A DNA stretch of 64,000 nucleotides from Amoebophrya sp. A120. Its lineage: Eukaryota; Protista; Dinoflagellata. The stretch covers positions 6,167,985 to 6,231,984 of the forward strand of contig CAJINV010000003.1 of assembly GCA_905178155.1 (NCBI GenBank). Direction: 5' to 3'. Shown piece after piece: positions 47,233-58,800 of the stretch. The notes beneath the pieces are model-generated. The model did not search any database and was not told the origin of the DNA. It saw only the letters and a program-made list of their open reading frames with translations. Position 1 is the first letter of the stretch; every line of letters begins with the position of its first letter. The position numbers were made by a program, and so were the translations under genes.

Positions 47233-48360
47233 TCATGGCCGCAGTGTGTTTTCCGCGAGGCCGAGCAGTCGCTTGAACGCAAGGATGTACTCATGCATTT
47301 GCTCGTTTTCCATAAACTCAGTGCCCTCCGTGCGTTTTATCCGACGGGGGTTGTAGCCCTTGTTGTGCCGGGCCTCCCCATGTGCCATGTCATGGTGCCA
47401 CTTGGTGTGGCCAATCGTCAAGTCGACATAAACCTGGTTGGCCCCAATGTAGTCCCTTTCATACGCTCGCTTGCACAAATCCGCAAGCAGCGGGAGCACG
47501 TCTTGCTTCATCTTTTTGCTGGGCTCCTCACCACCGGTGCCTTGTTCGCCGAATTTCTGCAGGTGCCTTGAAAACCGCAGCAGTTGCTTCGCGGTTTCAA
47601 GCAGCTTTTTGCGATTCAGCGCGGTCGTGCTGTCCAGCTGCGACTCCTGTGCTGGGCCAGCGTCTTCTTCTTCCTCCTCGTCGGGTTTCTTCTCTATTCT
47701 TTGCCGCCAGAGGTTCAGTAGGAAGCAGAACACGTGCCGGATCAGTCTGGTGTGAGTCTTGATGTCCGTCGTGCGCTTGTTCGGCTCGAGCTGTGCGGCA
47801 AGTTTGGCCAGGTCTTGATCCGCTTCCAACGCGGCAAACTCTTCCGCCACGCGCCGTAAAATTGCTTCCTCCTCTGTCTCTGCGACCCGTCGCCGCTTCG
47901 CGCCGGTCGAGTGCTCTATTTCCTCGCCACTGGACGAGGTGCTGGCACTGATCATCCCCTGCGGCCCCGGTGCGATCCTCAGCTCAGCGTCACTCGAAGA
48001 AGTGTCCAGCCCTTGGTCAGCAACCACGCCTGCGGAGCTCGAACTACAACGCGCATCACCATTTTTACTTGTCTGCAGTCCTTGACCACCAGGGTTCTTT
48101 GTCGTGCCGCTACTAGATTTAATATTCCCAGCAGCAGCGGACGAGTTGCCCGGAGTCACATGTTGGGGCGCGGCAGTAAGTGGGTCTGAGGAGAATCCAA
48201 CCTGTGCAGCTGCCCGTCTGACTGGAACGGGCCGCCCGTGCGCCGCACGGTAGCTGGCCTCTGCGTCAAAACTCGCAAAATCGTGAAAATCGCCCGCCTC
48301 GATTTCCACACAACTCTTCGTCGGTGCCCCTGCCATGTTGATCTCAGCTGAAGTGGTCAT
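47233..48360 (-). CDS. PRPF18: Prp18-like second-step splicing factor, divergent
   Basis: The C-terminal helical domain matches Prp18 spacing: ERDYIGANQVYVDLTIG..W ... FMENEQMHEYILAFKRLL versus canonical ANDAYLxMAIG..W ... LNDETQRKYIQxLKRLM. Confidence 0.75.
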   Translation of the reverse strand: MTTSAEINMAGAPTKSCVEIEAGDFHDFASFDAEASYRAAHGRPVPVRRAAAQVGFSSDPLTAAPQHVTPGNSSAAAGNIKSSSGTTKNPGGQGLQTSKNGDARCSSSSAGVVADQGLDTSSSDAELRIAPGPQGMISASTSSSGEEIEHSTGAKRRRVAETEEEAILRRVAEEFAALEADQDLAKLAAQLEPNKRTTDIKTHTRLIRHVFCFLLNLWRQRIEKKPDEEEEEDAGPAQESQLDSTTALNRKKLLETAKQLLRFSRHLQKFGEQGTGGEEPSKKMKQDVLPLLADLCKRAYERDYIGANQVYVDLTIGHTKWHHDMAHGEARHNKGYNPRRIKRTEGTEFMENEQMHEYILAFKRLLGLAENTLRP

Positions 48361-49042
48361 GTTCTACTTTCCTGTCTCCTTCCACCCATCCAAGGAGCTA
48401 CATCAACAGACAGACAGAAAAAATGGTAAGTACTTCTAGATTCGCCAATCGACAGGAGTGTTCACTTTTTTCGTCTTCCCCTGCTCGGTGGAACAATCAA
48501 TGTACAAAAGACAAAAGGTGAATAAGATTTTGGACACACAGGGCGACCTGAGCCATTTCCATCATATTCAAGCATATAAATATATTGCCAATGATCGAAC
48601 CAAATGGCAATGAAGCTCCGGAACAAAAAGATGATCTGCGTCCGACAGCTAACACGCTGTCTCGAAGATATGGTCGTCCTTGTATACGAAAAAATAAGAT
48701 CGAGGCTGATGAAGCAAGAGGAGAGGTTTAATATTCCACAGATGTTGATACCTTCTCATGTAAGACCAAGGACATCGCTGCTATTAGCAACTGGGGTTTC
48801 AGAACTGTTTGAAAAAACTGCAAAAAATAAAAATTTCGACCCGCAGTCGCAACTGCGACAATCGACGCTTTGTTTCATCGTGAAGAAGCACGGTACTTAA
48901 TATAATTCGATGTCGTTATTCTTATTCCTGAAGTTGGACAAGGAAGTTGTCATTTTCCTCCGCAGTATGTCTCTTCTTCGATCAATCATCCCATCGACAT
49001 CGACTCATCTTCGGATATAATTACACTGCTTGTTGTTGTTGT

Positions 49043-52000
49043 TCACTTGTTGTTTTCATCCTTCCGGCGCTTGATGGTCCCGATGGTTCCCTCCCCTCCG
49101 TCCTCCGACTGTCGGACTCGTTTCTGCGGCGCAGGGTTGTTTTCGGAACCTGCCGCGGCCAGGTCATGGGACGGTTGCACCACGTCGTCTTCGGAAGAAA
49201 CCACTTGTTCCGGCAACGGCTCCATCTCCTGGTCCTCATTGTTCTCACTGGAAACCGGCGATAATTGCTCACTCGGCTCCCTGCGACTTTCGGTCCGGCT
49301 CGCGCTGCTTTGTCCCTCGACGTCCTGCTCTATCGACATTGCAAATATCGATCTGGGTCTGGAAACTCAAACTTGTATATATGCAAGTGAGTCAATAACA
49401 AACGCACTGCAATGCGCCGCCAAGCATGACAAGTTTCTTCGTCCTTCTGTGCTGCGTACTTATTCCGCATGAGAAACTGCGTTTTTGCATGACAGGTGGC
49501 GAAAGAGGCTGTTTGTGGCCCTGGCCACGCAATACAGAGTTGAGGCTCATCGTGATCGTCATGCCAGACCAGCATGATCGAAACCTCGCAATCTTCCAGA
49601 CCCAGATCGATATTTGCATTTGATATGCTCGTCGCTACTTGCGGGCGCGTCCTCCGGCACTGGAGACACACTTCCCTCCTCCTCCTCGTCGACCACCACC
49701 ATGGACGGCGCAGAGGAGCCCTCGTCCTCGATGTGCAGCGACGGGCTTTGCTCTATCCTATGTAAAAACGTCCCCACCCCATAGTCAATATGGGGAATCG
49801 GCTAGACAAATCCACAAGTTTTGGCTGTCTTGCATGACAAATTTGGACTCGTATTGTAGTGCTGTTTGAGCTAGCTCAGCAGCATCACAGATCTAGTGCA
49901 TCATCCTGATTGGAGCATGACAAATTGCAAAACACAACTAGAAAATGCTTCTCATCGGGCTCCGCATGAGAAACATTTTCAGCATGCAGATTTGCATTAC
50001 AACTATGGGGTGGGGACGTTTTTAAATACGATATGCTCCTGCAAATCCTCATCTTGTTCCGCGTCGTCGTCCTCGACCAGAATAAATTCCTCGGCGTCCG
50101 CGCTCTGCCGGCGCGCCGGAGGTGGATCATTGCGTTCCTTCACCAAGCTGCTCTTGGAGGAGCGCTTCTCGTCCTTCTTGTCAAGAACACTACTAGCAAG
50201 AAGCTGCTGATCGTCATTATCATTTTCATCCTCTTCCACGTCCATCTTACTTTCGGCGTCCACCTCCATGATGTCCGACAGGGGAGCCTCCTCCCCGCCA
50301 GAAGAAACAGACGAATGCATGTCCTCGTCCTCCGGTACTTCTTCATCCACCTCCTCCTGCTCTTCGACCTCCGCACCCGCGAGGCCTGGACGGCCGTACC
50401 CGTGCTTTTTCTGCCACGCCAGCTCCGCTTCCGCCAGGGCCTTGAGGAACAGCCCGTACTCGAACAGCAGTCCTGTCCACGGGTTCATCAAGGTGGCTAG
50501 GTCGTCAAATTGTTTCACCTGGATAGAAGTATCAACAGGTGTCGTCTAAGTAAAAAGTACCCATTTAGGAATGAAACACTTGTAGTTCTTCCCATTTTTT
50601 CATTATGAGCGGCAACACAACAGAAAGGACTTCATCTGCCACTGGAGGTTCATCTGGTAGTTTTGTATCAAACTGCTAAAAGTATGGCCGCCAAAAACGC
50701 GCTGTACTTCAGACACAAAGTCAATAGAGACGAGGGTACGAGGACCTAAAGCAAACTTATAATAACGCGGTCGCTCCTTCTACTTCTCAATTTATCTTTA
50801 TACCGATAGAGTAAAGTTTTCGACTGAGTGGCGACGCTTGGCGCAGTCCGTTTTCGCCGCCAGGGTTTGCTCCACCAGTTGTTCTTCGAGGGCCGCGATT
50901 TCGGACTTGAACCCGATGTTGCTCAGGACCGGGGTGTAGCTGCCTGCATCCAAGTCCTCGCCGTGCTCCGCGGCCAGGAGGTAGCTGAGGCAGACTTGTT
51001 CCTCCAGTGACACCCGCGCGCACACCTCCTGGAGGCTGTTCAGCAAGACGCGACCCTTTTTCGCGCAGTGGTTGGTGGCTTGCACCAGTTTCGGAATCAT
51101 GCGACGCAGCACCTTCTTCATGGCCTGCTCCAGCTGGACACCCTTTTTGATCCTGTCTTCATACTGTTGCTTACTGTCCGCGAAGTCAAACAGCTTCTCC
51201 TGGTCACAGTAGTCCATGGGACGAAGGGAGGTCACGAGCGTTTGCCCCCACGCGCGCGGATCGTTCAAACGACACAACTCCGACTTCGGATCAGCCAACT
51301 GATCGAATACCTCGCTCCACTGCTGCAGATAAACCTGAGAAGCAACAGGCAGTGCCACAAATAGTGCAGAATTGTTCGCAGATTAATATCAGGGCTCTGA
51401 AAGACCACAAGGAATCAAACTTCCAAGAAAAATGCAGCTTGTCCCATCTTGAACAAAGATCTTCATCTTTTTTTCGTGTCGACGCATAACGAAATCTACT
51501 ATATTCATATGACATGGACATCGCGACGAGTGAGAACATTCTTACCCGCGGAGCTGCACGCAGTATCCACTATCGAAGGATCATCTTTCTAGTACCTCAT
51601 GAAACGCAAACCCCTTCCCGTCGATCGTCTTCGCGTGGTCGCTATCAACTGTAAAAATGTCTGGGTCTGGAAGATTCTGACACTTTTCATGCACGTTTTG
51701 CATGAGCCCTGATGTCTGTGATGCATGCCCTAGCATCACAGATTTTTTGAGAGCTTCTTGATGCTTATTCCGCATGACAAACGCCCTCTCCGCGTAGCAA
51801 AAATTACATTCCTTTTGGTACTCATGCAATGCAGGCTCTTCTGGAGTCCAAAAACAGCATGACAAATTGCAAGCTTCCAGACCCAGACATTTTTACACTT
51901 GATAGTCGCGGTGCGTAGACATTTGCTTCAGGGTAAACGACGAGCGGAGTGCCTTTACCCGCAGATTCTGGATCATTTTTTCCGGAAAGCGGTCACAAAA

Positions 52001-54321
52001 CCGCTGCAAGACGCTGACGATGCGGCTGTATCCCAGTTTCGCGGAGAGTTCCTCCCGAGCGCTTTTTCCCAGCCGCTGCAAGAACTGGCTGACGACCTCG
52101 ACGCGCTCGCTCGAGGCAAGCAAGGAATACCCCGAGTAGGCCATCGGGAACCACGGGCAGCGCGCAATCAGGTTCATCAGTTCCCCGTCCTTCTCCATCA
52201 ACTTTTTTCGCAACGCCGCATCGTCCGTGCGGCCCGCGGTACTAGAGAGGCGGAGTGCATAGGAAATCAACGCGGAAAACGATATCAGCTCGTCAGACAG
52301 TGCCACTTTCCGTAACTTGTCCATCGTCGACGCCATCTTGCTTTTGCTGTAGTACGAGGAACCCCCCGCGGGGGCCCCGGTAGTACTAGTAGTTGTACTA
52401 CCCAACAAGCTAGTAGACGTGGAGTTCTTGGATGTTGCGTCCAGCTTACTGCTCGAAGATCCAACGTTGGTGGAGGTACTGCCGCTCCGCTCCTGGCAGC
52501 TCACCTTCAAGCAGCTCCGAAACTCGGTTAGCACCGTCTATCAAATGTAAAAATGTCTGGGTCTGGAAAAATGCCAGACTTGCCATGCAGGTTTTCCATG
52601 ACCCATGATGCCTGCAATGCATGAGCTAGCATCGCAGACTTTTAGAGGGCTTCCTGATGCACCTTCCGCATGAGAAATGCCCTGTTCTTGTAGCACGCAT
52701 TGTATCCCTCTTGCTGGTCATGCAATACAAATTTTTTTAGAATCCAAAAACAGCATGACAAGTTCAAGCCGCAATCTTCCAGACCCAGACATTTTTACAC
52801 TTGATACCGTCTGTAAAAACGCAAACTCCGACTCGCCCGCGTCCTATCCTGATTAAAACCGTACCCACACCAGAGTCAAGATGGGAAATCTGCTAGACAA
52901 ATCAGCCAGCCTTGGTTGTCTGGCATGACAAATTTGTCCTCGTAGAGTAGTCCTGTTTAGCTAGTTCAGACGCGTCACAGATCTTTTATAGCATGCTGAT
53001 TCTAGCATCACAAATTCCAAAGCACGAAGAGAAAATGCTTCTCATAGGGCTCCGCATGAAAAACTTTTTTGGCATGCAGAATTGCATGACAACTCTGGGG
53101 TGGGGACGTTTTTGCTGAGGATACGTCCGCCTTGTTGGCTATCACGTGCAGCGTGCAGGGGAATGCACTCACCGCGTTCAAAACCTGGGTGAGCAGGCTC
53201 TCGAAAACGTTAATCTGGCCCTGCTATCAAATGCAAAAATGTCTGGGTCTGGAAGGATGCATGTTCGTCATGCTTGTCTGGCATGACTCTTAAATCTGTC
53301 ATGCATGTTACCCCAGAGCTCCACTTTTCTGTGATGCAGAAACGCAGTTTGTCATGCAGAATAGGCAACACCTAGAAGCTCAGAAACTTGTCATGCTGAG
53401 CCAGCACTTGTGGCCTCATCATGAGACGCCACCCAGCATCACAAGTTTCCAGACCCAGACATTTACATTTTTACATTTCATACTTGCCGCTGGCTGGTGC
53501 CCAGAAGCGACTGTTGCGACGTGGTCAACTTCACCTTCGACAGCTGCTTGGTGCAGAAGAACAAAAACACCAAATCCGATTCGTTTTCCTTTAGCATCTC
53601 CAACTGCGCTTCCGAGGTATCGTATTCTGTCAACACCTGATTTTGGATCTCGCTTTGAGAGAAGTTCTTCTTCCTTGTAGTTCACCAAGAATAAATCACT
53701 TTATATTAAGTACTATCGACACTACAAGTAGAACGCTAAAGTACGTTCGATCAATGAAGGATGATGAAACATGCAAAGCTATACTGCGTGCTTCTTACCA
53801 CATACTCAGCACTACGACCCGGCGAAGCGTTCATTTACTTAACCAGAAAGGGAGAAAATTACGAGTTCGACGGGCCGGGGCATTGCCGGCATAGGTTTGA
53901 GAAACGGTTCGCACTCCACGGCTTGATCGGGTTTTTTCGCGATCGAGTCGCGGACCTCGGTGGCATTGTTGCGCGCCTTTCGACCGGAAAAGAGTCGACC
54001 GGAAAACAACTGGCCGAACAGAGACGATGATGCCGGCGGCTGTTGCATAACATTTTTCGAATCGCTCTTCTCAGAGTCGATTTTTTTCTTCGCATTTTTT
54101 CCGGGGTCGGAAAGAGCGGCGAGTGGGATACGCAAAGTGGATGGAAAACGCTTATTTTCTCCGAGTTGCTGAGTCTCCCCGCTGCCGTTCCGACCCGATG
54201 ACCTGCTCACGTTCAAAAAGTCGCCCCCCAGCAAGCAATTGATGAAGGTCGACTTTCCGCTAGCACTGTCGCCCACCACAGCGACTTTGATCTCGTACTT
54301 CTCAGGCAAAACCCGCGACAT
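49043..54321 (-). CDS. Large multi-exon P-loop GTPase-domain protein (dynamin/Era-like N-terminus, acidic disordered C-terminus); six introner introns
   Basis: G1 VAVVGDSASGKSTFIN. G4 LHVIANKAD lies in the reading frame restored by removing the elements. All six element junctions are in frame. The exon join after 53839 is unresolved, and single-gene status of the 49-51 kb exons is inferred. Confidence 0.7.
49331..49625. mobile_element. Introner/MITE family A variant (295 bp), TSD TGCTC
   Basis: TIR ...TGCAAATATCGATCTGGGTCTGGAA. TSD at 49326-49330 and 49626-49630. Junction SDE/QDVE. Confidence 0.93.
49754..50033. mobile_element. Introner/MITE family B (280 bp), TSD TGCTC
   Basis: TIR TATC.TAT.TAAAAACGTCCCCACCCCATAGT. 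TSD at 49749-49753 and 50034-50038. Junction LQE/QSPS. Confidence 0.94.
51643..51904. mobile_element. Introner/MITE family A (262 bp), TSD GTCGC
   Basis: TIR TATCAA.TGTAAAAATGTCTGGGTCTGGAAG. TSD at 51638-51642 and 51905-51909. Junction HRD/HAK. Confidence 0.95.
52539..52806. mobile_element. Introner/MITE family A (268 bp), TSD CCGTC
   Basis: Same TIR as 51643. TSD at 52534-52538 and 52807-52811. Junction LQT/VLT. Confidence 0.95.
52845..53123. mobile_element. Introner/MITE family B (279 bp), TSD CGTCC
   Basis: Reverse-complement homologue of 24880-25158. TSD at 52840-52844 and 53124-53128. Junction KAD/AGE. Confidence 0.94.
53225..53482. mobile_element. Introner/MITE family A (258 bp), TSD CCTGC/CTTGC
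   Basis: One TIR end carries a short internal duplication. Junction QRQ/GQI. Confidence 0.92.
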
Positions 54322-55849
54322 CTTGTTTTACTTGTTGTACTTGCTGGATGATCTTTTTTTGAAACAGTTGTAAGTGTAGCAGAGTAAAAATTCCATTTGA
54401 CAAACAAGACAGACTGCCTTCAATCCTCTTCCTCATCTAATTTTTTCGATCTAATGATTTGTCACAGCGAGAAACAGAATCAAAACACTGCGATTTCTCG
54501 CCATGGAAAGCCGCTGGCGGAATCATCCGTGGAGTATTTCGTAACCGTCAGATCGTATATGCAGATACATCAAACAGGACCAAAGCCAAACTCCAAAGAA
54601 CTTGCAAGAAGCAAAAAAAATCGGTATGATCGTTCGCACATCGCGTGATGATACACTATCGAAAACACAACTACTAGTGGTCCAGATACGAGAAGGGCGC
54701 GACCCGTAAGTGGTCATCGTCGTGAACAACGCGATTATGAGCACTTTAGTGCAGGAACTTCCACTCTAGATTCCTCCCACTAGACGCCTTCAGTATGCCA
54801 GTCTGAAATCAATGCCTGAAAACTGCGCAAAAACGAGATGCAAGAACGATAGAATCCAGTTTCCTTGAGTCTCTATTTGCTGCTGCAGCTGCATTAACGT
54901 CTTTGCGCTAGAAGCAGAGGCGATAAGGATACCATACATACGGCAACAATTTTTGTTAATAGGCTATTTCTTCAATCTCTTTCGGGGCGACGGAGTAAGT
55001 TGCAAGTCCGATATTCGTATTCCTTTTAGCTCCTTTCAGCGCCGCCACAATAATATTTGCAGGCGCTTGTAGAACCGAATTGTAAACAAGAGTCACAAAA
55101 CTAATGGTCGCGCAAAAATATGCTGACTCAGATATTTCGGTTGCCCATCCTGCGAATGCTGGAGGATCCCTCGAATCGGAGCGCAAAAAGCAGCTGCCAA
55201 AAGAACGGTTGCGGCTTTTTGTCTGGCTACAATGGCTAATTACAGTACGACTGTTTTGTCACCATGCCAGAAATTTGCATCTTCAAAAAAATCCATGGTG
55301 GCGATCACTCACACGTGGCGAATTCCTTTTACAGCTGCTATACCAACAACAATAGAAATTTCGGGAAAAAAGATCCGCTGATTGTAGATTGAGACAAATA
55401 GAAAGGGACAGGGACTGGTTGACACAGAAAGCATGAAAAACTAAAATCAGAAAGAAACTTTACCTTCAACAAAAACGAATAGTCAGTCAGTAGACGAAAA
55501 CCCTGCTACAAAACTTTATGCACTGGAAGATGCTTTTAATTCCAAGAAAACGAGATCAGGTAGTTCACCACGTCGTCATGCCTACTGCCAACAGTCGTGC
55601 ACTTTGGCGACTTCTACTACCTTACAGCATTCGTGATGGCTGCGCAGGGACCTCCGCGGCTGCCGACGCGAGCTTGGATCGTTTCCTCGGCTCGTATCAC
55701 ACAGAAAAAAGCCGGCAGGGCATAATTGTGACAGACAAAATAAAAGAATAGAAGTTTGACGGAAGAATCTGTCACAGTCGACCCCACAGCATGAACGCTG
55801 CTTTACACATGATTTTTTCATGTCCAGCTTATTTTTGCATATAAAGTAC

Positions 55850-58800
55850 TTAAGTACAAACATGCGGTACCGGTGTTTTTCTGTGTGATAGCTCGAACGC
55901 GGAGAAGAGCGAACCCAGGAAGGATGAGTTGTGGCCTACCTTCTCTTTGCTGGATGTGTCGCGATGCGAGGCGGAAGACGGTTTGTTCTCCCCGCGACTG
56001 AGCTGCAACTCGCGGCGCTTGTCCGGGGACAGGTCGTCGTCCCCGTCATTGTCAAAGGCTGACTTTGGCGAGAAGGCGTGGTCGTAATTGTCTTTCGTTA
56101 CTTGCCGGGCCACCCGGGGGTGGTCACGCGAATGTACCCGGTCGCGCGCACTCGAAGAGGTCGCGGGCTCTAGACTGCCCGAAGCAACTTCAGCCTGCTT
56201 GGTCGCCCGCTTAATGCGCGCGTTCACCGCTGGCTCCACCAAGGGAATCGCGCCCTTTTGGTCGAGCTCCTGCGCCTCCGCGTACACGGCGCGGGAAATG
56301 CGCACCAAGGTAACCACGTCAGACCAGAGGGCAGCGGAGAAATCCGGTTGGAACCCGGGACCCGCAAGAGTATCGATTCCCAGAACGGAAAACGCCCCGC
56401 ATTCCTGCTGAAAACCGTCGCGGCCCACCACGATCATCACCACTCCAGTTAGAATAATCGTCATAAAATCTGCCGGCTCGCCCTGTCAAGTTTATTCGGG
56501 GGACGAGGTTTATCTTTATTTATAATTCGCGTCGCCTTCATGGCATCTTATCCTGCTTCGAGGATCGAGGTGCAAAGAAAAAGAAAGAAAAAACACAAAT
56601 CAATGGTCTGTTGCCAATTTTCGAAAAAACCTAGCCTTTATACTTTCAAAACCAAAAGTTGCAGTTATTATACCCTTTTGTAGACCCAGTCCTCGGCATC
56701 GGGGCGTGGGCAGCGTACCGGTGCGTGGCGGTAGAGCGTCTCTACGTTTCCACGCTCGATGAGGAGCCAATTCAAGGCGTGACGCGAAATCCAGCGGGAC
56801 CGGCCCTCGTTGCGTTCGTCGTCGTTGCGCCACCGCTGCGACAGCCAGGGTGACGCGTACGGTGCCACTCCCTCGTCATCTTGTTCACTGAAGTGAACCG
56901 CCGGCGGATTTGGAGAGTTTGGGGTGGAAGCCGAATGAGGATGACCACCTCCACTCCCAACGCCCTGCGTGGTTCCGGGGGAATGCGCCAGGAGGCGCGG
57001 CCCCGCATAGTTTTCCAACAGGTGTGAGACCAACACGTCAACCTCCTGCGGGAGCAAGGCATCGCCACGAATCTGTGGGTTGAAAAACCGCAGTTTCGTG
57101 ATGTCCTGCTTCCGGCGCTTGCCCCGCCGGACGCCGTGTTTCATCATCCCGCCCACCGGCTGCAACCGGGCTCCGCCGGCGCGGCTCTCGCTGGACTCCA
57201 CTACGCTAGCGTCCGCACTCATCTCGGCACTCCCACCGGGCGCATGCGCCGCCGCCCCGAACCCGGGCGTGGAGGTGGTCCCCACCGCACTGGTTTTCCC
57301 AATCGAAAAGCTATCCTCCGACCGCTCGCGCGACACGCCCGCATAGTTGTCGCCCGCCGTGCGCAGCGACGAGGACGCCGCCGGCCCGCTCCCAACCACT
57401 ATGCCATCAGCTGCAGCTCCTCGCTCGTACAACATGGCGCCCGGCGTGCCGTTGCTGGTGCTGCTACTCCCCGCTCGGACGAGGTCCTCGGGCGCGGCAG
57501 CAGCTCCTTGCCGCGGCGACTCCCGCGCCGACCCCGAATACCCCGCTCCTGGCAACTGGTTGAGTGCGCCCACCACGGAGGCCACCGGGGACAGCAGGAC
57601 GGACGCGGTGGCTTCCAAAATAGGTCGGCTCTCCGACTTCCGCAGCTGCGCACGCGCTTGCAGCAGCTCCTCGACGTCATCCTTCGACGGATATTGCTCC
57701 ATGCTGTTGCTGCTCTCGTTGCTGATTACGCGGCGCTGCTGCAGCTCGCGTGGCCCGGCTTCTAGCAGCGACTTGCCCGGCTTGAGGCCACCTCCTGCTC
57801 CCTCCTCGCCAAGCAAGATGTCGTCGCGGCTGTTGTTTTCATCGAGCGCCAAGCTGTCTCGGTCCAGTATTCGGCTGTCGCCGGGGCCGCCCTCCTCGCT
57901 ACTGCGGTATTGCTCGGGCGGCAGCACCGCCTCTTCGCTCTCCACATACTCGCGCTCCTCTTTGTGGTGCATGTCGATGTATACGTCCGTCTCATCCACG
58001 ATTTCGTCCTGCAGAATCTCCTCGATTACGTCCTCCAGCGTGACAATCCCCTGCAGCTCGTACTGCAGGTTCTGCTGTCCGTGCTTGTTCAACAGCGCCG
58101 AGCTCACGCCCTGGTGTCGCATCGGCCCCTCGGGCGAGTCCGCATTCTGCTCGCCAGCAATCGCGTCGTGGCCCACCACCAACCCCAGGTGCGCCCGGCC
58201 GAGCTTGAACCGGTGCAACGCATCCCCGCACGTGTCGTCCGCGAAAAACCGCTCCACGTGGCGTCCGAATACCTTTTCATGAGTCGAGTCAACTAAACTT
58301 AATATGGAGCTTATTTTCATGATTTTGATCTTTGCTTGAATCATCGACCGCGGTAGCACGCACGGCAGCTGTTTTTTCATAGAGACAATAATAAAGTTTC
58401 GATAGATATAGAAGTTGGAGCGAGTACGTCATCTGGCTGGCGCATAATTTGCGAAAGCAAAAACAGCAATGGAAAGCTTTCATCGTGCATCAGATCAAGT
58501 TCAAGAAGATCAGGTCGATCTTCGTGAAATAGAAATAGTACAAAATCCAGGAAAAAATAAAATAAAATTTGCCCATGATGATAGATACCTTCAGAAACTG
58601 TCGCAGGGGCATCGCGTCCTCGGGATCGACAAAGATCAAATCTTTGGTCACGAGGACGCCGACTATATCGGAGTCCGTCTTGTTGTAAACGGGGATGCGC
58701 GAGAACCCGGAGTTGGAAATCTCGAGGATCGTTGCGTAGTCGAGCACTTCGTTTTGGTTCAACATGAAGCAGTCCTGCTTCTGCGTCATCACTTTGGAGA

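Noticed and set aside
50519-50803. GT-AG intron of 285 nt (family-B intron size) containing TAAGTAAAAAGTACCC as an ancient introner
   Set aside because: The TIR-like word is about 25 nt from the boundary, and there is no partner TIR or TSD; probably coincidence.
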